DNA of 64,000 nt from Sphingomonas sp. (GCF_051962185.1 NZ_JBQCCN010000131.1:2407-66406), one strand, 5' to 3'. Shown: positions 32,204 through 42,777, counted from the first letter of the stretch. Numbers and translations: made by a program. The notes: a model not told the origin generated them from the letters alone.

Positions 32204-33100
32204 ATGACTACCGAGACGATCGCTCTTCCCGCCGACTGGCGCGATTTTCTGGCGCTGACCAAGCCCCGCGTGATGACGCTCGTCGTCTTCACCGGCCTGT
32301 GCGGCATGCTCGCGGCGCCGGTCGCGATCCATCCGGTGATCGGCTTCGTCGCGATCCTGTGCATCGCGCTCGGCGCGGGCGCGGCTGGTGCGCTCAACCA
32401 ATGGTACGAAGCCGATATCGACGCGCAGATGAAGCGAACGCGCGGCCGGCCGCTTCCGGCGGGGCGGATGAGGCGCGACTCGGCGCTGCACTTCGGCGTC
32501 GGGCTGGCCGTCTTCTCGGTGCTGCTGATGGGTCTCGCGACCAATCTGCTGGCGGCCGGCATCCTGGCGGTGTCGATCCTGTTCTACGTCTTCATCTACA
32601 CGATCTGGCTGAAGCCGCGGACGCCGCAGAACATCGTCATCGGCGGTGCCGCCGGCGCGTTTCCGCCGTTGCTCGGCTGGGCCGCGGCGACCGGCAGCGT
32701 CGCGCCGCTGCCGCTGCTGCTGTTCGCACTCGTCTTCCTGTGGACGCCGCCGCATTTCTGGGCGCTCGCGCTGTTCGTGAAGACCGATTACGCCAATGCC
32801 GGCATCCCGATGCTGCCGGTGGTGGCGGGCGAGCGCGCGACGCGCACGCAGATCGGGCTCTACACCATTCCGATGGCGGTGGCGGCGATCGCTCCCTGGC
32901 CGCTCGGGCTGACCGGCGCGATCTATGGCGGGGTAGCGGTGGCAGCCACCGCGTGGGTCGCCCTGTTGGCGGCGCGGATCACGTTCCGTACGACCGGCGT
33001 GGACGATCGCATGCGTCCCGAAAAGCGGCTGTTCGCTTATTCGATCGCCTATCTCTTCATTCTGTTCGGCGCGGTGGTCGTCGATCGGTGGCTGGCATGA
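32204..33100 (+). CDS. cyoE: Protoheme IX farnesyltransferase (heme o synthase)
   Basis: [32 protein letters not shown]. Confidence 0.95.
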   Translation: MTTETIALPADWRDFLALTKPRVMTLVVFTGLCGMLAAPVAIHPVIGFVAILCIALGAGAAGALNQWYEADIDAQMKRTRGRPLPAGRMRRDSALHFGVGLAVFSVLLMGLATNLLAAGILAVSILFYVFIYTIWLKPRTPQNIVIGGAAGAFPPLLGWAAATGSVAPLPLLLFALVFLWTPPHFWALALFVKTDYANAGIPMLPVVAGERATRTQIGLYTIPMAVAAIAPWPLGLTGAIYGGVAVAATAWVALLAARITFRTTGVDDRMRPEKRLFAYSIAYLFILFGAVVVDRWLA

Positions 33101-33228
33101 CGCCGGACGAACAGAGGCTCGCGGCGCAGCGCCGCAATGCGCGCGCGCTGGCGGTGGTGCTGGGCGTGCTGGTGGTCCTGATCTTCGCGCTCGCGATCGC
33201 GAAGATCGGTTTGGGGTGGAGCAAATGA
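33097..33228 (+). CDS. Small single-TM protein of the cox operon (43 aa)
   Basis: [38 protein letters not shown]; ATGA overlaps at both ends. Confidence 0.75.
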   Translation: MTPDEQRLAAQRRNARALAVVLGVLVVLIFALAIAKIGLGWSK

Positions 33229-33758
33229 ACCGGACGACTCGTACCGCTCTGTTCGCCGTCCTCGGCCTGTCGTGTTCGACCGGTCTCGCCTGGGCCAGCG
33301 TCCCGCTCTATCGCGTGTTCTGCCAGGCGACCGGGCTCAACGGCACCACCGGCCGCGCGCTACGGGCGCCGGGCGCGGTCGACGGCAAGGTGACGGTGGC
33401 GTTCGACACCAACGTCGCGCCGGGCATGAAATGGGCGTTCAAGCCCGAACTCGAATCGGAGACGATCGACATCGGAGCGCGCGACATGGCGTTCTTCACA
33501 GCGACAAACCTGTCGAACAAGACCATTACCGGTACCGCGACGTTCAACGTGACCCCGGCGCAGGCCGGCATCTATTTCAAGAAGATCCAGTGCTTCTGCT
33601 TCACCCAGCAGACGCTCAAGCCGGGCGAGACGCAGCGCATGCCGGTGATCTTCTTCGTCGATCCGGCGATCCTCAAGGACCCGGACGGCCGCGATATCCA
33701 GACCATCACGCTCAGCTATACGTTTTACCCGGTAGATTCCGCGAAAACGCCGAGCTAG
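33225..33758 (+). CDS. ctaG: Cytochrome c oxidase assembly protein Cox11
   Basis: VPLYRVFCQATG, KIQCFCF, ITLSYTF. Confidence 0.95.
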   Translation: MNRTTRTALFAVLGLSCSTGLAWASVPLYRVFCQATGLNGTTGRALRAPGAVDGKVTVAFDTNVAPGMKWAFKPELESETIDIGARDMAFFTATNLSNKTITGTATFNVTPAQAGIYFKKIQCFCFTQQTLKPGETQRMPVIFFVDPAILKDPDGRDIQTITLSYTFYPVDSAKTPS

Positions 33759-33791
33759 AGGCCTAATCAAACAAGTCTAACGGGGACCGAC

Positions 33792-34706
33792 ATGGCCGGC
33801 GCCAAGAACCACGATTATCACATCCTGCAACCCGACCCCTGGCCGCTGATCGGCGCGATGTCGGCCCTGGTGCTCGCGTCGGGCGGCATCATGTGGATGA
33901 AGGGCGCGCACCTCGGTCCGCTGGTGTTCGGGATGGGCGCGATCCTGGTCCTGTTCACGATGTTCTCGTGGTGGGCCAATGTCATCAAGGAAGCGCATCA
34001 GGGCGACCATACGCCGGTCGTGCAGCTCCACCTGCGCTATGGCATGGTGCTGTTCATCGCGTCCGAAGTGATGTTCTTCGTCGGGTGGTTCTGGGCGTTC
34101 TTCGACTTTTCGCTGTTTCCCGCGCCCGTGATCTGGGACGCGGCGAGCAAGACCGCGAGCCTGGCGACCGAGAATGTCGCCGCCGCCTCGATCTGGCCGC
34201 CCAAGGGCATCGAAGTCATCAACGCCTTCGAATTCCCGCTCTTGAACACGATCATCCTGCTGCTCTCGGGTACCACGGTGACCTGGGCGCACCATGCGTT
34301 GATCCACAACCAGCGCGGCGGCGAGAAGAAGGGCCTGTGGGGCCTGATCGGCGTCGGCGAGAATGACGGCGTCAAGAAGGGCCTGTGGCTGACGATCGTG
34401 CTCGGCGTGCTGTTCAGCTCGATCCAGGCATACGAATATGCCCACGCGCCGTTCCCCTTCAAGGGCCTGAACTATGGCGCGTCGTTCTTCATGGCGACCG
34501 GCTTCCACGGCTTCCACGTGCTGATCGGAACGATCTTCCTGACCGTGAACCTGATCCGCGCATACAAGGGCGACTTCACGCCGAAGCAGCATTTCGGCTT
34601 CGAGGCGGCAGCCTGGTACTGGCATTTCGTCGACGTCGTGTGGCTGTTCCTGTTCATCACGATCTACGTCTGGGGCGGCTGGGGCGCACCCGTCCACGCC
34701 GGCTGA
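33792..34706 (+). CDS. coxC: Cytochrome c oxidase subunit III
   Basis: FIASEVMFF, TGFHGFHV, AAWYWHFVD. Confidence 0.96.
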   Translation: MAGAKNHDYHILQPDPWPLIGAMSALVLASGGIMWMKGAHLGPLVFGMGAILVLFTMFSWWANVIKEAHQGDHTPVVQLHLRYGMVLFIASEVMFFVGWFWAFFDFSLFPAPVIWDAASKTASLATENVAAASIWPPKGIEVINAFEFPLLNTIILLLSGTTVTWAHHALIHNQRGGEKKGLWGLIGVGENDGVKKGLWLTIVLGVLFSSIQAYEYAHAPFPFKGLNYGASFFMATGFHGFHVLIGTIFLTVNLIRAYKGDFTPKQHFGFEAAAWYWHFVDVVWLFLFITIYVWGGWGAPVHAG

Positions 34707-35104
34707 TGGAAGAGGCGCGACCCGACGCGGGCGCTCGGCCCGTCGCGGTCGCGCCGGTCGAGGTCGCGCTGAAGGGATTGTGCCCGCGCTGCGGCGCGCC
34801 GACGCTGTTCGCGGGCTGGATACGCTTCGCCGATAGCTGCAAGGCCTGCGGGCTCGATTTCTCCGCGTTCAATGTCGGGGACGGGCCGGCGGCATTGCTG
34901 ATTCTCGTCCTGGGCGGCGCGATCGTCGCCGCGGCGATCGTGCTCGAGCTGTCGCTCTCACCGCCTTTCTGGGTCCATGTGTTGATCTGGGTGCCGCTGA
35001 GCGCGGCGGCGGTCGTCGCGGCGTTGCGCGTCTCGAAAGCGGGACTGCTCGCGCTCGAATATCGCAACAAGGCGCGCGAGGCGCGCAGCGAGGACGCGCG
35101 ATGA
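34706..35104 (+). CDS. DUF983 family protein
   Basis: CPRCG...C..CG, NVGDGPA, PPFWVH. Confidence 0.85.
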   Translation: MEEARPDAGARPVAVAPVEVALKGLCPRCGAPTLFAGWIRFADSCKACGLDFSAFNVGDGPAALLILVLGGAIVAAAIVLELSLSPPFWVHVLIWVPLSAAAVVAALRVSKAGLLALEYRNKAREARSEDAR

Positions 35105-35709
35105 AACGGTTTCCGATCATAGCGACGATCCTGGTCGCACTGGCCGTCGCGGCGATGATCGGCCTCGGCTTCTGGCAATTGCAGCGCCGTGTGGAAAAAC
35201 TCGCCGAGCTCAAGGTGCTCGCCGCCAATCCGTCGCTGCCGCCGATCGCCTTTCCCAATCCGCCGATCGGCGACAATTTGCTGTTCCGGCGCGCTGGCGC
35301 CTTTTGCCTCAAGCCGGTCAGCCTGTCGCTGCAGGGCGCGGGCAAAGCCGGCTTCCGGGTGATCGCGCGCTGCGCCACCGGCGCGGAAGGCCCGGGTTTT
35401 TCGGTCCAGCTCGGCACCACGCCGGACGCAGCCTACAAACCGCAATGGAGCGGCGGCAAGGTCAGGGGCATGATCAGCCATGCGCCGTCGAGCGTGCCGT
35501 TGATCGCCACCCTGTTCGGCAAGGCTCATCCGAAGGAACTGATGCTGGTCGCCGACACCCCGCCGGCTGGGCTCAAGGCCAACGAGATGCCGAGCATCGA
35601 CTCGATCCCCAACAATCACCTGGCCTATGCGGTGCAATGGTTCCTGTTCGCCGGCGTCGCCTTGGTCATCTATCTGCTGGCGCTGCGCCGCCGCGCGCAC
35701 AAGGGGTAA
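35101..35709 (+). CDS. SURF1 family cytochrome oxidase biogenesis protein
   Basis: LGFWQLQR, PNNHLAYAVQWF. Confidence 0.9.
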   Translation: MKRFPIIATILVALAVAAMIGLGFWQLQRRVEKLAELKVLAANPSLPPIAFPNPPIGDNLLFRRAGAFCLKPVSLSLQGAGKAGFRVIARCATGAEGPGFSVQLGTTPDAAYKPQWSGGKVRGMISHAPSSVPLIATLFGKAHPKELMLVADTPPAGLKANEMPSIDSIPNNHLAYAVQWFLFAGVALVIYLLALRRRAHKG

Positions 35710-35711
35710 CG

Positions 35712-37109
35712 ATGCATTATGTGAGCACGCGTGGGCGGGCGCCCGCGCTCGGTTTTCGTGAAGTGACCTTGGCCGGGCTGGCCAACGACGGCGGCCTCTA
35801 TCTGCCCGAGGCATGGCCGGCGTTGGGCCGCGGCGCGATCGCCGCGCTGGCCGGTCTGTCCTATGTCGAGACCGCCGTCCGGGTGATGGCGCCGTTCGTC
35901 GGCGACGCGCTGAGCGAGGACGAACTGCGCGATCTGTGCACCCAGGCCTATGGCCGCTTCTCGCACGACGCGGTGACGCCGCTGGTCCAGCTCGATCACC
36001 AGCATTGGCTGCTCGAGCTGTTCCATGGCCCGACGCTGGCGTTCAAGGACGTCGCGCTGCAATTGCTCGGCCTGCTGTTCGAGCGTTTCCTCAAGGGCAG
36101 CGACCAGAAGCTGACGATCGTCGGCGCGACCAGCGGCGATACCGGATCGGCGGCGATCGACGCGGTCGCCGGACGCGACGGGGTCGAGATCTTCATGCTC
36201 CATCCCAAGGGCCGGGTGTCCGACGTGCAGCGCCGCCAGATGACCACGGTGCTGGCGCCCAACGTCCACAATATCGCGATCGAGGGCAGTTTCGACGACG
36301 CCCAGGCGATGGTGAAGGCGATGGTCAACGCCACTGTCGCGGGCACCGGGCCGCTCGGGCATCTGACGCTGTCGGCGGTCAATTCGATCAACTGGGCGCG
36401 GCTGATGGCGCAAGTGGTCTATTATTTCTACGCCGGCGTCCGGCTCGGCGCGCCTGAGCGGGCGATCGCCTTCTCGGTGCCGACCGGCAATTTCGGCGAC
36501 GTCTTCGCCGGCTATGTCGCCGCGAAAATGGGCCTGCCGGTGGCGAAGCTGATCGTCGCGACCAACGTCAACGACATCCTCCATCGCGCGCTATCGAGCG
36601 GCGATTATTCGGCGGCCGGCGTGGTGCCGACCCCGACGCCGTCGATGGACATCCAGGTCAGTTCCAATTTCGAGCGGCTGCTGTTCGACGTCGGCGGTCG
36701 CGACGGCGCCGCACTCGCGGCGCAGATGGCGGGATTCGAAGCGTCGAAGGCGATGCGCCTGACCAACCGACAGCGCGAGGGCGCGGTGGCGTTGTTCACC
36801 AGCGCGCGGATCGACCAGGACGACATGTCGCTGGCGATGCGCTGGGCCTGCGAGCGTGCCGGGCAAGTGATCGATCCGCACAGCGCGATCGGGCTGAGCG
36901 CGGCGCGCCAGGCGGCGATCGACGCGCCGATCGTGACGCTGGCGACTGCACACCCGGCCAAGTTCGGCGACGCCGTCGAGCGCGCGACCGGCGTGCGGCC
37001 GGTACTGCCGGCGCGGGTGGGGGATCTGTTCGAGCGGGCGGAGCGATACGAGACGCTGCCGGCGACGTTCGATGCGGTGACCGAGTACGTTGCGCGGACG
37101 GCAGCATGA
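35712..37109 (+). CDS. thrC: Threonine synthase
   Basis: YVSTRG, ELFHGPTLAFKD (PLP Lys), NSINWAR, VPTGNFG, TAHPAKF. Confidence 0.97.
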   Translation: MHYVSTRGRAPALGFREVTLAGLANDGGLYLPEAWPALGRGAIAALAGLSYVETAVRVMAPFVGDALSEDELRDLCTQAYGRFSHDAVTPLVQLDHQHWLLELFHGPTLAFKDVALQLLGLLFERFLKGSDQKLTIVGATSGDTGSAAIDAVAGRDGVEIFMLHPKGRVSDVQRRQMTTVLAPNVHNIAIEGSFDDAQAMVKAMVNATVAGTGPLGHLTLSAVNSINWARLMAQVVYYFYAGVRLGAPERAIAFSVPTGNFGDVFAGYVAAKMGLPVAKLIVATNVNDILHRALSSGDYSAAGVVPTPTPSMDIQVSSNFERLLFDVGGRDGAALAAQMAGFEASKAMRLTNRQREGAVALFTSARIDQDDMSLAMRWACERAGQVIDPHSAIGLSAARQAAIDAPIVTLATAHPAKFGDAVERATGVRPVLPARVGDLFERAERYETLPATFDAVTEYVARTAA

Positions 37110-37217
37110 TCGACACGCCCTCACCCTTCCCATCGCTGGCGCGATGGGCCCCTTCCCTCTCCCGCATGCGGGAGAGGGAGGGAGGCGCGCAGCGCCGGAA
37201 GGGTGAGGGCATGTCGA
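37110..37217. repeat. Palindromic repeat related to family B, in inside-out arrangement
   Basis: 21-bp inverted ends (37110-37130 / 37197-37217, 1 mismatch) around central CCCTCTCCCGCATGCGGGAGAGGG. Confidence 0.85.
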
Positions 37218-37227
37218 GGGCTGCCGC

Positions 37228-38097
37228 ATGAACCTCCACACCATGATCGGCGAGCCCTGGGCAGATTACGGGCTGATCGACTGCGGCCACGGCCGCAAGC
37301 TTGAGCGCTACGGCCGCTTCCGCTTCATCCGCCCCGAACCGCAAGCGATGTGGGCGCCGGCCAGCGCCGAGTGGAAAGCCGATGGCGAGTTCATTCCCGG
37401 CTCCGATGAAGAAGGCGGCGGGCGCTGGCAATTCACCGGGCAGGTCCCGCGCGACGGTTGGCCGATGACATGGGGCGACGTCGGCTTCACCGCGCAGACC
37501 ACGCCGTTCCGCCATCTCGGCTTCTTCCCCGACATGGCGCCCGTATGGAGCTGGATGCGCGAGCGGCTGGCCGGCGTCGAGGAGGCCGAAGCGCTCAACC
37601 TGTTTGGCTATACCGGGGTCGGTACGCTGGCGCTGGCGTCGCAGGGCGTGAAGATGGTCCATGTCGACGCCTCGAAGAAATCGGTCGAGGCCGCGCGTGC
37701 GAACGCGCGGCTGGCAAGACTCGACGATCGTCCGGTGCGGTGGATGGTCGACGACGCGACCAAATTCGCCGCGCGCGAAGTGCGGCGCGGGCGGCGCTAC
37801 GACGGCATCTTGCTCGATCCGCCGAAGTTCGGCCGCGGGCCGGAGGGCGAGGTGTGGCGACTGGAGGAAGGCCTGCCCGGCCTGATCCAGGATTGCCGCC
37901 AATTGCTCGACGACCGCTCGCGCTTCCTGTTCCTGACCGTCTATGCGGTGCGCATGTCGGCGCTGGCGATCGGCGAATTGGTCAGCCAGGCATTCGCCGA
38001 TCTGCCGGGCAAGGTCGAAGCCGGCGAACTCGCGGTGCGCGAGGAAACGCGCGGGTTGTTACTGCCCACCGCGATTTGGGCGCGGTGGAGTCGCTGA
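37228..38097 (+). CDS. Class I SAM-dependent methyltransferase (RlmI/RlmK-like)
   Basis: KLERYG, LNLFGYTG, HVDAS, LDPPKFGRG. Confidence 0.88.
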   Translation: MNLHTMIGEPWADYGLIDCGHGRKLERYGRFRFIRPEPQAMWAPASAEWKADGEFIPGSDEEGGGRWQFTGQVPRDGWPMTWGDVGFTAQTTPFRHLGFFPDMAPVWSWMRERLAGVEEAEALNLFGYTGVGTLALASQGVKMVHVDASKKSVEAARANARLARLDDRPVRWMVDDATKFAAREVRRGRRYDGILLDPPKFGRGPEGEVWRLEEGLPGLIQDCRQLLDDRSRFLFLTVYAVRMSALAIGELVSQAFADLPGKVEAGELAVREETRGLLLPTAIWARWSR

Positions 38098-38159
38098 CCC
38101 CATTAATAATCGCCGGATCAACTTGGTGCCACGTCACCGCCAGCGTGTTATCGGGACGC

Positions 38160-38576
38160 ATGGGTGTTTTGCACAAGTCCGCTGCTTCGCTCGGGTTTTT
38201 CGGGGATGAACTCGACCCCGACGAAATTACCGCGCGGTTGGGCTGCGAACCGCAGGTGGGCGTCCGAAAGGGTGGAATCTGGTTAACGGCACGCGGGGCT
38301 GAGAAGGTGGCGGGTACCGGATCGTGGCGGTTGAGAGTGGATCGCCGCGAGCCTGGCGACCTGGACGGCCAGATCAATGAACTGTTGGACGGGTTGAGCG
38401 ACGACTTCCCTATGTGGCGCGCCCTCGCGCAGCGGTTTCGTGGCCGGATATTCTGCGGTTTGTTTCTCGCTGGCGGTAACGAGGGGCTGACGTTGCAATC
38501 CCGAACGCTGGAACGTCTCGCTGAGAGAGGATTGCTTCTCGACCTGGATATCTACGGCCAGGGAATGTTGGATTGA
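38160..38576 (+). CDS. Probable DUF4279 family protein
   Basis: LDPDEITARLGCEP...GSW...LDLDIY pattern; ATG at 38160. Confidence 0.65.
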   Translation: MGVLHKSAASLGFFGDELDPDEITARLGCEPQVGVRKGGIWLTARGAEKVAGTGSWRLRVDRREPGDLDGQINELLDGLSDDFPMWRALAQRFRGRIFCGLFLAGGNEGLTLQSRTLERLAERGLLLDLDIYGQGMLD

Positions 38577-38594
38577 GAGGGGTCAGGGCGCTGG

Positions 38595-39242
38595 CTAATC
38601 GAGCCCCGCCCGGATTGCGGCCCCCGCCACGAAGGGCGCCCCCGCGACCAGCAGCAGGCTGACCGCGCCCAGCAATTTGAACGCGCCGATGCCGCCGTCC
38701 AGGCTGCCGGCACCGAAGATCAGCAGCGGCACCGCGAGCGGCAGCAACAGCAGCCCCGCGATCGCGCCGGCGCCGCGCAGGCCGGCGACCAACGCGCCGG
38801 TGGCAAGCGCGAGCGCGGCGAGGCCGGGGGTACCGATCAGCAGGCCGATCTCGACGCGGAGGAGCGTGTCGGGCGTCAGGTCGAGCAGCGCGGCGGCGGG
38901 GAGGGCGGCGAGCAGGATCGGCGGGGCGAAGGCGAGCCAATGCGCGACCAATTTGGCGAAGGCGATGGTCGCGGCGGACTGGCCGCGGGTCAGCAATTGG
39001 TCGATCACTCCGCTGGCGAGATCGGGGGCGACGAGGCGTTCGATCGGGATCAGCGCGGCGAGCAACGCCGCCGCCCACAACACCCCGCCACCAACCCGCG
39101 CGAGCAACCTGGCGTCGGGGCCGACCGCGAACGGAAACAGGATTGCCACGAGCAGGAAGAAGGCGACCGGCAGCAAGGCGCCGCCGCCGATCCAGGCGCG
39201 CCGCAGGTCGCGGAGGATGAGCGCGGGCAGGCTCGACGTCAT
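38595..39242 (-). CDS. ccmB: Heme exporter permease
   Basis: FFLLVAILFPFAVGPD, AKLVAHW, LLLPLAVPLLIFG. Confidence 0.92.
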   Translation of the reverse strand: MTSSLPALILRDLRRAWIGGGALLPVAFFLLVAILFPFAVGPDARLLARVGGGVLWAAALLAALIPIERLVAPDLASGVIDQLLTRGQSAATIAFAKLVAHWLAFAPPILLAALPAAALLDLTPDTLLRVEIGLLIGTPGLAALALATGALVAGLRGAGAIAGLLLLPLAVPLLIFGAGSLDGGIGAFKLLGAVSLLLVAGAPFVAGAAIRAGLD

Positions 39243-39823
39243 TCTGCGCCTCCCCGGAAAGCGATCGAGAGATCGATCGTACGCGCGCCGGGCAGCGCGA
39301 TCGGCGTGTGACTTGCCACCAGCACTGCTCCGCCCGTGTCGCGATGCCGTGAGATCGCGCTTTCGAGCAATCGCAATGCCGCGATATCCAGACCATTGGC
39401 TGGTTCGTCGAGCAGCCACAGCGGGGCGCCGCTCGCGACGACGCGTGCGATCGCGGCGCGGCGGCGCTGGCCGGTCGAGAGCAGGCGGACGGGAACGTCG
39501 GCGAGGTCGCCGAGCGCCAGGGCATCGAGCGCCCGGCCCACGTCGCGCCCGCCATCGAGCTTGGCCCAGAAACCAAGCGCGCGGGCGAGCGGCAATTCCT
39601 CGTCGAGCGACGCTTGCTCGGTCAGCAGTGCGCGGGCGGCATCGCCGGCGATCTTCCCGGCGACCGGCCGCAGCAAGCCGGCGGCGAGCCGGATCAGGCT
39701 CGACTTGCCGACGCCGTTGGGGCCCGTGATCAACGCCGCGCCGCCGGCCTCCAGCGCGAACGACAGGGTCTCGAACAGCACGCGTCCGCCGCGCACGCAG
39801 GTCACCGACTCGAACGTCAGCAT
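39239..39823 (-). CDS. ccmA: Heme exporter ATP-binding protein
   Basis: [31 protein letters not shown]. Confidence 0.93.
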   Translation of the reverse strand: MLTFESVTCVRGGRVLFETLSFALEAGGAALITGPNGVGKSSLIRLAAGLLRPVAGKIAGDAARALLTEQASLDEELPLARALGFWAKLDGGRDVGRALDALALGDLADVPVRLLSTGQRRRAAIARVVASGAPLWLLDEPANGLDIAALRLLESAISRHRDTGGAVLVASHTPIALPGARTIDLSIAFRGGAE

Positions 39824-39835
39824 CCGCTGCCCTTT

Positions 39836-39921
39836 TCGTCGCCCCCGCGAACGCGGGGGCCCAACCCGGATCCTCGCGGCCAGTCCGACCGATCGGCGAT
39901 GGGTCCCCGCTTTCGTGGGAT
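39836..39921. repeat. Degenerate inverted REP-like pair (family A)
   Basis: CGTCGCCCCCGCGAACGCGGGGGCCCA ... TGGGTCCCCGCTTTCGTGGGAT, similar to 17530-17637. Confidence 0.75.
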
Positions 39922-39956
39922 TGGCGGCGATAGGGGATACGGGCGATCGATACCCC

Positions 39957-40358
39957 TCACGCCTCGTCCTCGAGCCGGTGCATGTCGTCGTCGCTCAACC
40001 CGAAATGGTGCCCCACCTCATGAATCACGATGTGCCGCACGAGCGTCGCCAGGTCCTCACCGTCCTCCACCCATTCATCCAGGATCGCGCGGCGATAGAG
40101 ATGGATGCGGTCGGGCAGGGCGCCCGATTCCATCGACGATTTCTCGCCGATCGGCCGGCCGTGATAGACGCCGGTCAGGTCGAACGGGCTCTCGATGCCC
40201 AGCGCGTCCAACGTCTCGTCATCGGCGAACTCCTCGACGATCAGCACGATCTCGCCGATGTGGCGGCGAAACGCGTCGGGCAGCGACGCCAGGGTTTGGC
40301 GCGCGATCGCCTCGATCTCGTCCGCGCTCGGCGCTCGCCGTGCCTCTTGCCCGCTCAT
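39957..40358 (-). CDS. Minimal zincin-type metallopeptidase family protein
   Basis: [27 protein letters not shown]. Confidence 0.88.
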   Translation of the reverse strand: MSGQEARRAPSADEIEAIARQTLASLPDAFRRHIGEIVLIVEEFADDETLDALGIESPFDLTGVYHGRPIGEKSSMESGALPDRIHLYRRAILDEWVEDGEDLATLVRHIVIHEVGHHFGLSDDDMHRLEDEA

Positions 40359-40412
40359 GCCGAGCGGCATAGGCCGTTATCCATCGCGGCGGCAAGCAAC
40401 GGGAGACAGCCG

Positions 40413-40703
40413 ATGGTCGAGCAACTGAGCGACGAAGAGCGCGGCGAGGCGCTCGATGAGCTCGACGAATGGGATTATGACGAGGGCCGCGACGCGATCA
40501 GCCGCAGCTTCACCTTCGACGATTTCAGCGAAGCGTTCGCCTTCATGACGCGCGTGGCGTTGCTGGCGGAGAAGCACGACCACCATCCCGAATGGTCGAA
40601 CGTGTGGAACCGCGTCGACATCACGCTGACCACCCACGACGCGGGGGGCCTGTCGCACCGCGACGTGACGATGGCCGAGGCGATCGACGACCTGGTCGAT
40701 TAG
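40413..40703 (+). CDS. phhB: 4a-hydroxytetrahydrobiopterin dehydratase
   Basis: [27 protein letters not shown]. Confidence 0.92.
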   Translation: MVEQLSDEERGEALDELDEWDYDEGRDAISRSFTFDDFSEAFAFMTRVALLAEKHDHHPEWSNVWNRVDITLTTHDAGGLSHRDVTMAEAIDDLVD

Positions 40704-40727
40704 GCGCGTCGCTGCCGCTCGCAGATC

Positions 40728-41240
40728 TCAGGACGGAATGGCTACCCGGTTCGCTCGCCGCGCCTGACGAAACAGCAGGTAAAAGGCGAGGATGTGCGTG
40801 ATCATTAAGAGCGGCACATAGAGGACCGGGACGAGATACGCCGCACCGAGATCGCCCGCCGCCTCGGGAAGGCCGAGCCGCACCGCGTGGTAATAGTCGA
40901 TCAGCAAGTCGCCGATTCCCGTGACGTTGAAGGCGATGGTGAACGCCCAGAATAACGGCCGCACCCGGGACGTCGCGAGCGCCAGCAACGCGAGCAGTCC
41001 CGTCAGGAAATCCCCATAAGCGGCAACGACGGCAAATTCGCCGGGAAGATGCGGGCCGACCACGCCGGGTACGATGAACACCAGCCCGAAGAAGCGAAAG
41101 CCGTGCAGCGTGGCGATGGCGCGATGCACCGCTTCGGGCGGCATCGTTCTCGCCCGTGGCAGGCCGTAACCGGCCAGCCACATGAGCCACGCGACATAGC
41201 CCAGCACCATCTGAACCTGGAAAATCATCGCCACCGGCAT
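40728..41240 (-). CDS. Membrane protein divergent from LysR
   Basis: Hydrophobic helices, HGFRFFG, AYGD motifs; GAGGAG RBS. Confidence 0.75.
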   Translation of the reverse strand: MPVAMIFQVQMVLGYVAWLMWLAGYGLPRARTMPPEAVHRAIATLHGFRFFGLVFIVPGVVGPHLPGEFAVVAAYGDFLTGLLALLALATSRVRPLFWAFTIAFNVTGIGDLLIDYYHAVRLGLPEAAGDLGAAYLVPVLYVPLLMITHILAFYLLFRQARRANRVAIPS

Positions 41241-41339
41241 GTGCGGCTCCTCGTCCGCGCTGGGTCCGTCACCCAAGCGTGTCGGGGCGAAGTAGGGGCC
41301 GTTTTCGCGGCCGACTATCGGCGATATGATGCACGAGCC

Positions 41340-42281
41340 ATGAAGCAGAACTTCACAATTCGGCAAGGCGCGGTGGACGGCGTCGAGGTCTTCCTGAGCG
41401 TCGCGCGGCACCGCAATTTCCGGCGGGCGGCGGCCGAACTCGGGGTGACGCCCTCGGCGGTCAGCCAGTCGATCCGCACGCTCGAAGCACGCATCGGCGC
41501 GGCCTTGTTCCTCCGCACCACGCGCAGCGTCGGCTTGACCGAGGTGGGCGAGGCTTTCCTGGAGCGCGCCGGGCCGGCTTTCGAGCAACTGGTGGCGGCT
41601 GGCGAGATTGCCCGCGATCTGGGGCAGAGGCCGTCGGGCCGGTTGCGCCTGTCGGTGCCGCGCGCCGCGGTGCCGTTGCTGCTCGAACCCCTCGTGGCCT
41701 CGTTCTGCCAGGCCTATCCGGACATCGAAGTCGAGCTATCGGCGAGCGAGGAACTGGTCGATATCGCGGCCGCGGGGTTCGACGCCGGCGTGCGACTTGG
41801 TCAGTTCGTCGCGGCCGACATGGTGGCGGTGCGGCTGACGCCGCCCTTCCGGCTCGTGGTCGTCGCGAGCCCGGCCTATCTCGATCGCCGTGGGCGGCCG
41901 GCACGACCCGAGGATTTGCGCGGCCACGCCTGCCTGCGACTACGCCGGTCGGGCGGTGCGCTCGCGCCCTGGGCGTTCGACGATGACAATGGCGCGGTCG
42001 AGATCGACCTGCCGGGTCCATTCATCGCCAACGATTACCCGACCCTCGTGGGGGCGGCGGTCGACGGCCTGGGACTAGCGCAAGTCCCCGCGCCGGTCGC
42101 TGCCGAGGGACTGGGCCTTGGCCGGCTGGAGGCGGTGCTCTCCGATGTCGCCCCGACCGTTCCCGGCCTGTTTCTCTATTACCCTAGCCGGCGGCAAGTC
42201 TTGCCCAAGCTGCGCGCCTTTATCGACCACGTAAAGGATCGCGGCGGAGCGGAGACGGGGGATACGATTTATCGTGGTTGA
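41340..42281 (+). CDS. LysR-family regulator (CrgA-like)
   Basis: NFRRAAAELGVTPSAVSQ, LFLRTTRSV, FDAGVR, PKLRAFID. Confidence 0.93.
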   Translation: MKQNFTIRQGAVDGVEVFLSVARHRNFRRAAAELGVTPSAVSQSIRTLEARIGAALFLRTTRSVGLTEVGEAFLERAGPAFEQLVAAGEIARDLGQRPSGRLRLSVPRAAVPLLLEPLVASFCQAYPDIEVELSASEELVDIAAAGFDAGVRLGQFVAADMVAVRLTPPFRLVVVASPAYLDRRGRPARPEDLRGHACLRLRRSGGALAPWAFDDDNGAVEIDLPGPFIANDYPTLVGAAVDGLGLAQVPAPVAAEGLGLGRLEAVLSDVAPTVPGLFLYYPSRRQVLPKLRAFIDHVKDRGGAETGDTIYRG

Positions 42282-42287
42282 TCAGCG

Positions 42288-42749
42288 CTACGACCTACAT
42301 TCCTTGATCAATCGGCCGAGCATCGGACCAGGCGCGAACGCGACTTGCCAGGTGCCGACGCGATAGGCGATGCGATACTTCGCTTGAGCGAAATAGTCGG
42401 TGAATTTCGGGTCGTTGATGAAAAGCGAATCGCCATGCTCAGCGGGTTCGCTGGGCAGCGTCCAGCGACGGGAATCTATTTCCAGCGAAAACGACCGAGC
42501 CGACCGATCATAGTCGCCATTCACGAGCAGGAAGATCGGGACGCCGCTGCACAACGCCATGAAATGGTCCCTGCCGTTATCGTGGAAGCGATAGAGAGCA
42601 GCGCCGGATTTGTCTCTCTTTTCAAATCTGTAGTGCCACCCCGCATTCCGCCATTGCGTGTCGGCCGAGGGCATCTTCCGATCGGATCGAGTGCAGGAGG
42701 CCAATCCACAACAGACGATGAGAGCGGTCAAGGCAAGCTTGTGTAACAC
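42288..42749 (-). CDS. Hypothetical lipoprotein
   Basis: Signal peptide with lipobox-like LASC; appears lower in GC than flanks. Confidence 0.5.
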   Translation of the reverse strand: MLHKLALTALIVCCGLASCTRSDRKMPSADTQWRNAGWHYRFEKRDKSGAALYRFHDNGRDHFMALCSGVPIFLLVNGDYDRSARSFSLEIDSRRWTLPSEPAEHGDSLFINDPKFTDYFAQAKYRIAYRVGTWQVAFAPGPMLGRLIKECRS

Positions 42750-42777
42750 TGTATCATAATATGTCGAAAAGGGGCGA

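Noticed and set aside
38595-39823. ccmAB without ccmC as a broken operon
   Set aside because: Split ccm loci are common in Alphaproteobacteria and both genes look intact
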